Under the pieces are notes generated by a model that saw only the letters and a program-made list of their open reading frames with translations, made no database searches and had not been told where the DNA came from. A DNA stretch of 62,938 bases, the filler included, from Aduncisulcus paluster (taxonomy: Eukaryota), in assembly GCA_024181965.1 (NCBI GenBank). It is 6 parts of 6 records of this genome, joined end to end, with 100 filler letters (N's around TTAATTAATTAA, not from the genome) between each part and the next. Parts side by side here need not be neighbours in the genome. Positions count along the whole stretch, not along the records: positions 9,687 to 37,475 come from BQXS01011084.1; 5 more parts are not named here. One strand, written 5' to 3'. Of this stretch, positions 23,784-33,658 are shown in pieces (positions within the stretch are counted from its first letter, which is position 1; each line of letters opens with the position of its first letter). The position numbers were made by a program, and so were the translations under genes.

Positions 23784-24527
23784 ATGGATAAAATAGATGA
23801 TTGGCAGGCTCAGGTTCTTGCAGTTAAAAGAAGAGAACAATTTATTGTAAAACAATTGGAATTGATGAGTTCCGTTCATTCTAGTGTATGTAGGATAGTT
23901 GGGGATTCTTATATATCTGGAAAATCTTTATCTGCAATAGAAATATCAAATATTAAAAGAGATATTGATGAATTGGCGAGATCTATTGATGAAATGCAGA
24001 GTTTGTTTGAAGATCAAATTCAAACCTTTAGACAACTCCGAGAACTTGCCATGGATGATTCTGCGAGACAAAGTTCTTATGGCGTGTTGATGACTCAAAA
24101 TTCAACTTTACGTACTGAATGGGATCACTCACAAGAACAATTTCGTGCAACAATCTCCCGTGTGAAAATATTATTTCCGAGAAGCTCCATTTCGACTGAT
24201 ATTCTTCATGGCGAATCACGTGTTGTTGGTGCTCGGAGCGATGATATGAAAAGATCCCATGAACATGCTGAAGGAAGACAACTTGATATAGCTAGAAGGC
24301 AAGTTGAAGATATCATTGGGATCGCATCACATACACATTCGGCATTGCTTGAGGATGATGATGAAATTGATCGGCTTCGAGATGGAGTTGGGAAAATCCA
24401 TCTTGATATCTCAAAAAACAAGAATGCTGTATTTATGATCGGGAAACTGAAAGTTGATTTAAATGTTATTGGGGCGATTATCTTAGGAATAATTATTGCG
24501 TTAATAATAATATTGATCCTATTTTAG
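23784..24527 (+). CDS. Tail-anchored Qb-SNARE (GOS1/GOSR1-like)
   Basis: Helical N-terminal bundle, SNARE-like heptads (LDIARRQVEDIIGIASHTHSAL) and a single C-terminal TM segment. Confidence 0.7.
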   Translation: MDKIDDWQAQVLAVKRREQFIVKQLELMSSVHSSVCRIVGDSYISGKSLSAIEISNIKRDIDELARSIDEMQSLFEDQIQTFRQLRELAMDDSARQSSYGVLMTQNSTLRTEWDHSQEQFRATISRVKILFPRSSISTDILHGESRVVGARSDDMKRSHEHAEGRQLDIARRQVEDIIGIASHTHSALLEDDDEIDRLRDGVGKIHLDISKNKNAVFMIGKLKVDLNVIGAIILGIIIALIIILILF

Positions 24528-24534
24528 GCCTTTA

Positions 24535-24699
24535 GGGAAAGGAACGTGGTGGAGAAGAATAGCAAAAATGTTTCGACATTTTCTTGCTTTTACAATGCTA
24601 GAGGAAAGTGAAATAATCGATCGATTATCTTCATATTCCCAAGATATAACTGAATTATATGTATCAAAGGATGAAAAAGAGAAAGAAAGTGAAGAATAA
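24535..24699 (+). pseudogene. 5'-truncated relic of the repeat-module gene family
   Basis: Reads GKGTW...FTMLEESEIIDRLSSYSQDITELYVSKDEKEKESEE*, nearly identical to the end of the 37578-38303 gene. It has no start and carries indels after GKGTW. Confidence 0.85.
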
Positions 24700-24835
24700 T
24701 CGCCGAAAATTATTGAAGACATATCCCTGGTAAAAAACATTCAATCATTCTGATTTTTTGTTTTGACTCAATACATACAATTTATCCTATATTTTTCAAT
24801 ATTTCTTCGTTTTTAATGAATTTTGAAAAATGTAA

Positions 24836-24864
24836 TTCTAAAAATAGAATTTCTAAAAATAGAA
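24836..24864 (+). promoter_or_regulatory. Tandem TTCTAAAAATAGAA x2 element (CTA(A/T)4TAG core)
   Basis: Identical 29-mer at 38448-38476 and, reverse-complemented, at 59312-59340. A regulatory role is inferred. Confidence 0.5.
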
Positions 24865-25655
24865 ATGTTATAAATATTTTTGTTCCTTTCACAATATACA
24901 TGTCATTACTATTGGATTTTCTTCCCAAAATTTGTGATTATGGTGGTTTATCTTATTCGGATTCGTGTTATTGATTCCAATTGAACATATTTGGGCTGAT
25001 CAAGAGATATTAATTCTCACAAGGAAGTGTTTAGAATATTATCCATACCACAGCATGCAGACCTTTTAAAGAGAAATAAATCTTGAATTTTTGTTTATTG
25101 CAATAAATGACGAAGCCCTATAGCTATAGGACCTATAGAATAAATTCTACAACTATACTCGGAGGACGGCCTACATCTTACAAATAAAATGATCATTAGC
25201 AGGATCAGTGACTGGCCACAGAGTGAAGACCAAGTGGGTTCATCGACAAGGGGAGAGAGGTCGGTTCTAAATAGTCCAAGAGGCCTAAACAATGTTTATT
25301 TTTTCACGGAATAATAAATCATGGAAAACCGTTGTACTCTCGGATAATTTTGCAACTATGAGCACAAAAACAGTCATCAGGAATATCTACAAGATTAAAG
25401 CAATACATTTGTTTGGAAATATCATATTATTCGGAACCATTGGTCAGTTTATCGCATATGTTGGCTGACATGACTGAACTTCTGTAAATATCATCTTGAA
25501 GATGACATCTTGCAATCGGCGAACAAGGAAAAATAGCAAAGAATTTATCTGTCAGAACAGTTCAAACTTATCCAACAGCTTCTCAAACCGTCATCGCCAA
25601 AGAACTAGGGGCTATAAGGTGCCATCAGTAAGATGAGACGTCGATTTGAATATGT

Positions 25656-28600
25656 TCAAAGAACATCGTCAAGTTTATAATGTGGCCCCATGGGTAAAAC
25701 TGGAAGAATTGAACCAACCTTAATCCCTTGAGCACCTCGCATTCGCTGAACAGCAGAAACCGCATGCATTATTAGATCATGTTTCGTTGTAACGAAAATA
25801 TCCTTCTCCTGAATTTCCTCAATTACAGATTCAAGTTGAGTTGGCTCTAATTGCATCAACCCGCCCTTTTTAAGCAGGACATATGGCGATAACTTTACCT
25901 TTGAAACATCTAATACAACAACGGACTGATTAATCCCAATGTAAACATGAGAGATAGAAGAGGTGAAAGTCTCGGTCTTTGTTTTTGGTTTTGTCATGGA
26001 GGCAAGAATACCTCGAATTCCTTTCGTTTTAGGTTCAGGAGTGGGTTCTTCTTTTGGTTGAACAATCTTTGTATGTGAATCTTTCATTCTCCAAGCTTTT
26101 TTTCGGGAGATGTTTTGTTCCTTCTCTTTTACAAAAGGACACACATTCATGCAGGTAATATTCCCTTCAAAATAGAGCCTACGATCTGTCAACAGTGGTG
26201 ATATCACAGAAAACTCAGATTTTGGCGGTGGAAGAGATCCAAGAGAAGTCTTTTCCAAGATTTGAGCAAGATGAGTAATCATAGGCCTCAGATCATAAAC
26301 ATGAATGACATTACTTTCACTGTGCACAACTAACTGTTCAGCGTCTTTTGTAACAACAAAATCAAGGATGCGCTCAGAAAAAGGTTGCAGAGAGACGACA
26401 TCGGGAACGAAAATTACTTTCGCACTCAAGGATATTATCTGAATCCGTGGATCTCCATTAGTCATCAAAAACCCGCATACATTCCCATTGATATCAAGGG
26501 TAACATCACTGAGCTTTGTAAATGAGGGAATAGGTGGTGGAATCGGAACAATTTGTTTCTTCTCAATTATTTGAACATCACTAACACGTGACCGAGGAGA
26601 TCTGGATACGACTTTTCTCCCAAATCGATCTTCAGACACGGTAGATGTTCGAAGAGTAACATTTCTGAAAGATCGAGAAAGAGATGAGGACATTCCGACA
26701 GGTGGTCGAGGAGAAATTGGAGGCCGAGGGGTGAGACAAGACCTTGACAAAGACAAATCCAAATGTTTATCTCCAACCATTACTTCCTTTTCTTTTTCAT
26801 ACATTCCAGAACCAATCGCCTTTGAAAGCACCGTTTCAACTCTTCCTCCTCTTACATCAACCAATTTCACGATTCCCCCATCTTCTGCACACATACAAAC
26901 GATTCCACGTCGAATTTGAATGTAAACACAAGCGAACACGTCCTGTTGTTGTTTATCAGAGAAGACAGCGTGGAAATGACTCGGATTATGGGGATTAAGA
27001 AGAACAAGCGGACGTTCACAGAGAGAAAGAGTTAATGGCATTGGAAGAGAAGCAGTAATAGAGAGAGATAAGACATTTTTTTCCAACACATTGTTTGATT
27101 CATCCCATTTGAATGAGGGTATTGAACCAGTACACTGCGAATATTGCATGTCAATGACAGAACTTTTCTCAGCAACAACACTTGGAGTCGGAATTTCAGA
27201 GTTCTTTCTTAAGGAAATCATTTTCGAAATATTAATTTTCCATTCAACTTGAGCGCTAACAATTGTATGCGAGGACAGAATACCAATGTTATCCACAATG
27301 AATACATTTCTCCCCTCTCTGTCGCAACAAGCAGCTTGAATGGCAAGATCTTTGGTTTGTTGGATGAAATCAGTTGGAAGTGGTGAGGACATTTGAAGAG
27401 AATTCTCCAGTCTAAGTCTAGGATCTACTTCTGAAAGTAACTTTCGAGTCTGGAATCGAATATTTTCTCCACTGAGATCATGAAGAAAGGACACAACCTC
27501 TCCATCTTTGCCAATAACGACCAAATTATTTTTTGTCGGAATAATTTGACAAACACTTCCAGAAGTGACTTTGTTTGAAATTCCGGGGATATCAACACAT
27601 TTGGCTATCCGAAACACATCGGTATGGGTAAATAAGATTTGAACACAATTCGGAAGGATCGAGAGAGAATCCTGAAAAGCAGGAGAAACAAGAGATCTAA
27701 GTTGCTCCAGTGGTTTCTTATCCAAATTCTTAGTTTTTACATCGATAACTGATGCAATCTTATCATGAAGAGGCTGATTTTCAATGGTTTTCACCACTCC
27801 TTCGAGGTCAGCCTTTTCAAGCTTCTTCCCAGGTCTTGGAGGATGGAAAATGTCCAGGCCAGAGTAAGGGGCCAGTCGAGAGTTGTCGGGTCTCTCCATT
27901 TTGGTTTCTATCTTGTTTTTTTTTGAAGTTAATGAGGGTGAAAACGGAACCTTAATCTCCGAGAGAACTCCATTAAGATACGAATCTTTAGTGTCAATAT
28001 CTACCCTTTTTTGAGCCTGTTTAGACAAAAATTCTTTCTTTGGAATCTCCAATTTAATTGAATAATTATGTAATAATATCTTATTCCGGGATTTTTCATC
28101 AAATTCAATACTTTCACAATCATCATCCAACATTTCTTTCCATCTTTTCTTTGGGTCTTCTTCTTTCTCACTGGCAGTCATCTTTCTGCTCCTCTCTCTC
28201 ATAGTTTTCTTCAATTCATTCATCTTCGCCTTCTTTTGACTGACTCCGACCAAACTTTCTTCAGGTTGCGCCTCTTCGGAGTCTTCATCATCTTCCCCAA
28301 CAATTATCCTCATCCCTTCCTTGATTTTCTTTGCCACAGACACCTCATCATGAACAGCTTCTGTGACATGAGCAAGGGAAGATTCAGATTCGACATACTT
28401 GACAGATACATCATAGAGATCAGACACATCGTCAACAGCCATCAAATGAACAGGTCTTGAGGGATGTAAAGAAATAATCAATGGAGACAAGGGGTTTGTG
28501 TCTGTCAAAATTGCATCAGAGCCATGTTGTTCATCAATATCCTCATCTGAACACTTATCCTTTCGTTTCTTATTCTTGGTTTTGCCAAAATCGGGAATAA

Positions 28601-31466
28601 AATCTCCTTCACGAATTTCTGCGATACTTTTCAATTCATAAGGCCGTATGCAACTTCCAGCAATCAATAAAATCTTGGAATACATATCAAAAGCACTGGC
28701 TGTCAGCTGATTATAAGGGGAATGCTTTGTCTTATCAACCATTATAGCAATGGGAATCAGAGTTACAGAGTTCCACTGGATAATCTGTTTGTCTTCACTG
28801 ACACTCATGACACACCTCATAGAGTCACACACATGAATCCCGATAACCTTTGATTTATGTTCATCACCAATGGCTATTGGCTTATCTAAGACAGAATTCC
28901 ATACAGCAATACGTCCTTCAGATCCCGCAGAAAACAGTAGTCGTTGTGCATAAGAGAAATCAATATCTGTAACATTTAAGTGATATTTCAAACGACGATT
29001 GACGGATAATGTAGTCTTGTCCCACACGAAAATACACCCATCTCGACCAGAAGAGACCAATCCAACCCCACCTTTCCCATCAAACACTTTAATTTTAGTA
29101 ATAGCCGGATCGTGGACGTTTCTTACAATTTTAATTGGTGTGAGATCGAACAAATCAAAGAAAATAAGTGATCCATCCATACACCCAACCACCACAACTC
29201 TCTGGGAAGCATTGTATTCGTTAACTACACTCATTGGAATGATATTCCTATTTAAAGCCGACACACTCAAATGAGCAATGGTGGAGTCAGAGGAAGGGTG
29301 TTCTGGAAATACAAGCGATGCCTTGGGGTCTTCTCTTTTCTTTTTAATAAAGGGTGCATGGATTGGAGCTAATTCTCGGAATAATCCCCGAATCCGAAGA
29401 AGCTCCTCGTCTTTGGAAACCTCAGGTTTCGGAGGTCTCCGTCTTGTGAACATGGCACAACAAACAACAGATTTTCTAAGTTTAATTCGTCTAATAAGTT
29501 TAAAGTTATGACGTAAAGAATAAAATAGCATATCGCCAGAGGCTGAGAGAATGAGCATGAGCCCGCTTGGAGTGTCGATTGAAATTCCAACGCACCAAGC
29601 ACCATATTGTTTTCCCGCCCTAATTGATGAGACAACGAGCGATGGAGACGGTAACGGAGCTCCAACAGTCCCTTTCGAAATGTCAGGCTTTCGCGTGTAC
29701 ATTGAGTGGACAGAATGAGAATGGGATTCAACCTTGGAAGAAGGAACATGCTGTTTACGGATGGTATTGGCAAATCTAAATTTATGACTGGATTGGCTCC
29801 GACTTTTGGCACTTTGTGGGCGTCGACGAGGAGTTGAACGCGACATCACTTGAGCACTGGCACTCCGTTTGGCGCGTATAGATGCTGATTTTGGCCTGGA
29901 AGGTAACTTACAAGTATCTTGGGGGTCAAATTGTCTCAAATGATCAAAGCAACCCCCAAAAGCAACATTTTTCTTCATTTGTTGTGGACTTTTAGAATAA
30001 GAAGGCAAATGGGGTTGATTCGTTGGAGATTCTTTTGAAAACACGAAGGGATTTGTTGTCATCGGCAATGGTTCTCTCGTATTTTTCAATAAAAAACATC
30101 CATTTGGTGCAAAAACACTTGGAGGAGCCCGCAGCGAAGGCACAGGTGTTTCTAACTTCTCAATATCTGCGAGATATGATCCATAATATAAATATCCAAT
30201 ATTTTCACCTCCAAATCCATTGATCACACATCCTCCTCCTCCTCCTCCCACAAGCCCATCTTCATCTTTTCCAATGCCAGTATCTATGAACTCAGGAGGG
30301 ATGGATGAGTCTTCGGGGAGTATCGGGGCGGTTGGATCTATTCTTGGATGTAATAGAGTACGCACACACTTTCCGTGCATATTCCAGAATTGGAGTAATC
30401 CGTCTTTTGCACAGGAAACGATCAGGGATATTGTTGGAAGGAAGCACAAAAATTCAACGTTACTCCGATGTTGCCAATAAGGATTATAAGGAAACATGCG
30501 CACAGATTCCCCAGCCTCCTCCAGAGCATATCTACGCTCTAGTCGGTATGCGCCTTCGTTCTCATTGATATTGACTTCCGATTGGGCGCTTTCTATATGT
30601 TTTAGAAAGGTATTCCATGTCACAACAGAAACATGTGGAGGAAATAACAAGCTAACAAATTCAAACGCAGCAACTTCCGACAAGGAAAGTGTTGATTCAA
30701 GGAGCTTTTGAAGCTGTGGAATAGATAAAGAGTATTCGGTAATATTATCTTCTTCAAGCATGCAATCAATCTCAAATGGATCCAATTTATCAAAATCTTC
30801 CGTCGATGGCTCACAACTTGAAGATCCAGATTGTTGAACAGCACTTTCAGCACGTTGGGATAATAAACGTTTTATACTCTGTTTTCGAAATCCATCATAT
30901 AATATTGATAAATGATAGTCTGAAATAGCAGATAATTTAACTGAATCGTGAGATTTGGAACTTGAAAAACGCTGAAGAAGAGCAGCTGTTGCAGTACCAC
31001 ATCTGAGCTTTGACAAGAGTTTTTTCCGCTTTAATCGACGTTCCATCACATCCATTGGGTTATATTTAGCCTGTTTTATATACATTGATTTTTCTGTTTT
31101 AGAATATCCAACTGGAGTTGACAAAGATTCTGAACGCTGCTGCTTTCGTTTTAATTCAATCATTCGAATGAGATGTCGCTTCTTGGAAAGTTCATAATCA
31201 TCTCCTTTAAGCTTAACGTCAAGTTGTTTTTCAATATCTTTCACTAAAAATGAGGGTTTTGCAGAACGAAATAGTACTCCCCTGGCAGCAGCTAATTTCG
31301 CAGTTTTAGAATTTTCAAAATGTTTTCTTGCCGATATCAGAGATGCAGATTGGCTTCTCCTCAATAGTTTTGTTTTAATTAAAGCTTGACGAGCTGTGAG
31401 TTCGAGAGATCCTGAATACTCTCTTCTATTAAGATATTTTTTTTGTCCATCTGTAGGATGATTCAT
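25656..31466 (-). CDS. Large WD40-repeat protein with a degenerate EF-hand-like segment (WDR49/CFAP337-like architecture)
   Basis: WD repeats IVSCAKDGLLQFWN, LVSSGRDGCIFVWD, LFSAGSEGRIAVWN and VMSVSEDKQIIQWN. VVTWNTFLKHI precedes them. The subfamily call is tentative. Confidence 0.8.
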   Translation of the reverse strand: MNHPTDGQKKYLNRREYSGSLELTARQALIKTKLLRRSQSASLISARKHFENSKTAKLAAARGVLFRSAKPSFLVKDIEKQLDVKLKGDDYELSKKRHLIRMIELKRKQQRSESLSTPVGYSKTEKSMYIKQAKYNPMDVMERRLKRKKLLSKLRCGTATAALLQRFSSSKSHDSVKLSAISDYHLSILYDGFRKQSIKRLLSQRAESAVQQSGSSSCEPSTEDFDKLDPFEIDCMLEEDNITEYSLSIPQLQKLLESTLSLSEVAAFEFVSLLFPPHVSVVTWNTFLKHIESAQSEVNINENEGAYRLERRYALEEAGESVRMFPYNPYWQHRSNVEFLCFLPTISLIVSCAKDGLLQFWNMHGKCVRTLLHPRIDPTAPILPEDSSIPPEFIDTGIGKDEDGLVGGGGGGCVINGFGGENIGYLYYGSYLADIEKLETPVPSLRAPPSVFAPNGCFLLKNTREPLPMTTNPFVFSKESPTNQPHLPSYSKSPQQMKKNVAFGGCFDHLRQFDPQDTCKLPSRPKSASIRAKRSASAQVMSRSTPRRRPQSAKSRSQSSHKFRFANTIRKQHVPSSKVESHSHSVHSMYTRKPDISKGTVGAPLPSPSLVVSSIRAGKQYGAWCVGISIDTPSGLMLILSASGDMLFYSLRHNFKLIRRIKLRKSVVCCAMFTRRRPPKPEVSKDEELLRIRGLFRELAPIHAPFIKKKREDPKASLVFPEHPSSDSTIAHLSVSALNRNIIPMSVVNEYNASQRVVVVGCMDGSLIFFDLFDLTPIKIVRNVHDPAITKIKVFDGKGGVGLVSSGRDGCIFVWDKTTLSVNRRLKYHLNVTDIDFSYAQRLLFSAGSEGRIAVWNSVLDKPIAIGDEHKSKVIGIHVCDSMRCVMSVSEDKQIIQWNSVTLIPIAIMVDKTKHSPYNQLTASAFDMYSKILLIAGSCIRPYELKSIAEIREGDFIPDFGKTKNKKRKDKCSDEDIDEQHGSDAILTDTNPLSPLIISLHPSRPVHLMAVDDVSDLYDVSVKYVESESSLAHVTEAVHDEVSVAKKIKEGMRIIVGEDDEDSEEAQPEESLVGVSQKKAKMNELKKTMRERSRKMTASEKEEDPKKRWKEMLDDDCESIEFDEKSRNKILLHNYSIKLEIPKKEFLSKQAQKRVDIDTKDSYLNGVLSEIKVPFSPSLTSKKNKIETKMERPDNSRLAPYSGLDIFHPPRPGKKLEKADLEGVVKTIENQPLHDKIASVIDVKTKNLDKKPLEQLRSLVSPAFQDSLSILPNCVQILFTHTDVFRIAKCVDIPGISNKVTSGSVCQIIPTKNNLVVIGKDGEVVSFLHDLSGENIRFQTRKLLSEVDPRLRLENSLQMSSPLPTDFIQQTKDLAIQAACCDREGRNVFIVDNIGILSSHTIVSAQVEWKINISKMISLRKNSEIPTPSVVAEKSSVIDMQYSQCTGSIPSFKWDESNNVLEKNVLSLSITASLPMPLTLSLCERPLVLLNPHNPSHFHAVFSDKQQQDVFACVYIQIRRGIVCMCAEDGGIVKLVDVRGGRVETVLSKAIGSGMYEKEKEVMVGDKHLDLSLSRSCLTPRPPISPRPPVGMSSSLSRSFRNVTLRTSTVSEDRFGRKVVSRSPRSRVSDVQIIEKKQIVPIPPPIPSFTKLSDVTLDINGNVCGFLMTNGDPRIQIISLSAKVIFVPDVVSLQPFSERILDFVVTKDAEQLVVHSESNVIHVYDLRPMITHLAQILEKTSLGSLPPPKSEFSVISPLLTDRRLYFEGNITCMNVCPFVKEKEQNISRKKAWRMKDSHTKIVQPKEEPTPEPKTKGIRGILASMTKPKTKTETFTSSISHVYIGINQSVVVLDVSKVKLSPYVLLKKGGLMQLEPTQLESVIEEIQEKDIFVTTKHDLIMHAVSAVQRMRGAQGIKVGSILPVLPMGPHYKLDDVL

Positions 31467-31662
31467 TAAAATATAATCTACACTGGAATATATTACATTA
31501 ACAAGCAAATAGCTTCAAAAAAGCCAAAAGTAACAAAACAAGAACCAAACAATACAATATAATAAAATTTACTCAAAAATTATGCATGAATTTGATAAAT
31601 ATAAGACAATAAACTAATAAAAAATAAGAGACATATATAAATAGTGTCCCAGACATCAATTT

Positions 31663-33375
31663 CTAAAACAATGCAACGACAATACAAACGATGATAATAA
31701 TAAGAATAATAACGAGAATTATGACAATAGTTATAATTTTAGTTGAAGAATTATTTGTATTAACCCCCGAATAGGAGGAAAAATTCCTGTGAATAGAGAA
31801 ATTCCTTGATGACTCAAATTTTGTCCCTTGAGCTTTTGAAATCTCTGCTTGAAAAGCAATACGAGCAGGGTCGAGATGTCCCATGTGTTTTCTATCCATT
31901 CCGCTCATTGTAATAGGAGAAAGAATGCTGGAATCTTCCACTCCAAAGATAATCATTGATGCAGCAGCTTCTCCAAAAACGCATGAAATTGAGTGTGGAA
32001 TAACTGAACATTGTTTGGAACCGCTGTAAAGTGCATCTTTATAGATGCTAGAAATTTGGGCTGATGAGAAGGTAGAAACACCTCGGGACAACCTAACAAG
32101 ATCACTAGAACTCTCCACCATACTCAAAACTTCTGTGTGGGCAGATTTTGAATCAGAAATACTTGAAGTGGAATCATGAAATCCAACATCTTCCTTGAAA
32201 CTGTCAGAAAGGTCACATCGGATCATATTCTCAGCAATTTGCCTAAATCCATCAATCTTTTCCTTTTTGTCACCTATATCTCCCTTCGATTCCTCTTCCT
32301 CTTCCTCTGATATGATATCATGTAGAGATTCTTCTTGGACAGGAGGCAACAATGACATATCTTTGTGAATGGCCCCTAACCAAGAAATAATATTAACCTC
32401 ATTAATAATTAATGCCAAAAACACCTCGTTTTGATCATGCCAAGTCACATTTAAAGGGGACATCGGAGCCTTTTGATCTTTAGGAACAAAGGCACACGAT
32501 TCACGCATTTCAATCTGTGTGGGTGAGTGACCAACACAATTTTGGTATAAATATTCATAAAATTTCAATTGGCGAAACAAAAGTCCAGCAGAACGAAGAG
32601 CTACAATGTCTTTCGGATTACACCCACCAGATTCCACAAAAGCAATAATATTATAGAATGATGTTAAATTACAACCAATAAATGCCGCTCTAATACAATC
32701 GGCAACGCTGAAGAAGGGGAAATCATTCAAACCAAAACTATTTTCAGAATCACAGAAGATACCAGTCACAGGGACACCACACCATGCCAACAGTTTTGAA
32801 ACATAAAAATAATGACATAGAATAGCAATGGTTAATGGAGTTTGGCCCATATAATCCATATCAGTGTGAAGAGAAGATAATACACATGGAATTGATAAAA
32901 GATCAACAATAATAGACATCAGTTCTTTTTCCAAGCCTTTCCAAAACATTATTAACGTCGATAAGATAGATACTCCTCGGATAGACACAGGAAGTCGAAA
33001 ATGTGCACTTGCAGAAGGATCAGCAATATAAAACATTATTCCCCTTTTCATTATCATATAAAGACACGATGGAAGATATTTCGCACACAAATGAACAGGT
33101 GTGTGCAACTCTGAATCATATGGGAGGAATGGATTTATGTTACAATTTTCCAAAAACATCGTAACATAATCAATTCTTTTTAATTTTATACTATAACAGA
33201 AATATGACACTAATTTTGAATGGTGTTTTCCCTTCTTTAATTTTGGATAATACTCCCTCAAGAAATGGGAGGGGTCAGAGTCATTTATAATCTTTTTTAT
33301 AGAGGACGATGTTGAAAAAGAAGGAATATTGTATGAATAACAAATAGATTTCGGTTTTTCTTCTTCATGATCCAT
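31663..33375 (-). CDS. Ankyrin-repeat protein with a C-terminal tail anchor
   Basis: HTPVHLCAKY and DYMGQTPLTIAILCHYFYVSKLLAWCGV. Ends in a ~23-residue hydrophobic segment. Confidence 0.75.
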   Translation of the reverse strand: MDHEEEKPKSICYSYNIPSFSTSSSIKKIINDSDPSHFLREYYPKLKKGKHHSKLVSYFCYSIKLKRIDYVTMFLENCNINPFLPYDSELHTPVHLCAKYLPSCLYMIMKRGIMFYIADPSASAHFRLPVSIRGVSILSTLIMFWKGLEKELMSIIVDLLSIPCVLSSLHTDMDYMGQTPLTIAILCHYFYVSKLLAWCGVPVTGIFCDSENSFGLNDFPFFSVADCIRAAFIGCNLTSFYNIIAFVESGGCNPKDIVALRSAGLLFRQLKFYEYLYQNCVGHSPTQIEMRESCAFVPKDQKAPMSPLNVTWHDQNEVFLALIINEVNIISWLGAIHKDMSLLPPVQEESLHDIISEEEEEESKGDIGDKKEKIDGFRQIAENMIRCDLSDSFKEDVGFHDSTSSISDSKSAHTEVLSMVESSSDLVRLSRGVSTFSSAQISSIYKDALYSGSKQCSVIPHSISCVFGEAAASMIIFGVEDSSILSPITMSGMDRKHMGHLDPARIAFQAEISKAQGTKFESSRNFSIHRNFSSYSGVNTNNSSTKIITIVIILVIILIIIIVCIVVALF

Positions 33376-33658
33376 TGGGAACAGGAGAAAAACAGGAAAA
33401 AAAAAAAAAACAATCATGTATCGAGAGAGAGATATTTTCAAAAATAAAAATATATCATTTAATATCTAATCCAAACATTTTTTTTGACTCATTTTGCCAC
33501 GATAAACCTTAATACAAAAGTACGTAGAGTCCGCGAAATTCTGCAAAATCAAATCACTTCGAATGTAGTCGCATTCTTGGGTGCTATTATCTTTTTCAAA
33601 TTTCCCCCAAATTGTTTTTATCAAAATCACTTATTTCATTCAACATTTCTTATTTTTT

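Larger units (their letters stand above)
24535..24950 (+). repeat. Dispersed ~420-bp repeat (gene 3' end plus 3' flank), homologous to ~38144-38560
   Basis: Colinear similarity runs ~250 bp past the stop (ttttgactcaatacatRcaatttatcc, atatttcttcgtttt, atatttttgttcctttc, attggattttcttccca). Confidence 0.9.

Noticed and set aside
25321-25620. U3 snoRNA or RNase MRP (GTACTCT...; TAGGGGCT)
   Set aside because: U3 boxes B, C and D are not in order, and there is no GAAAG CR-I or closing P1 helix.
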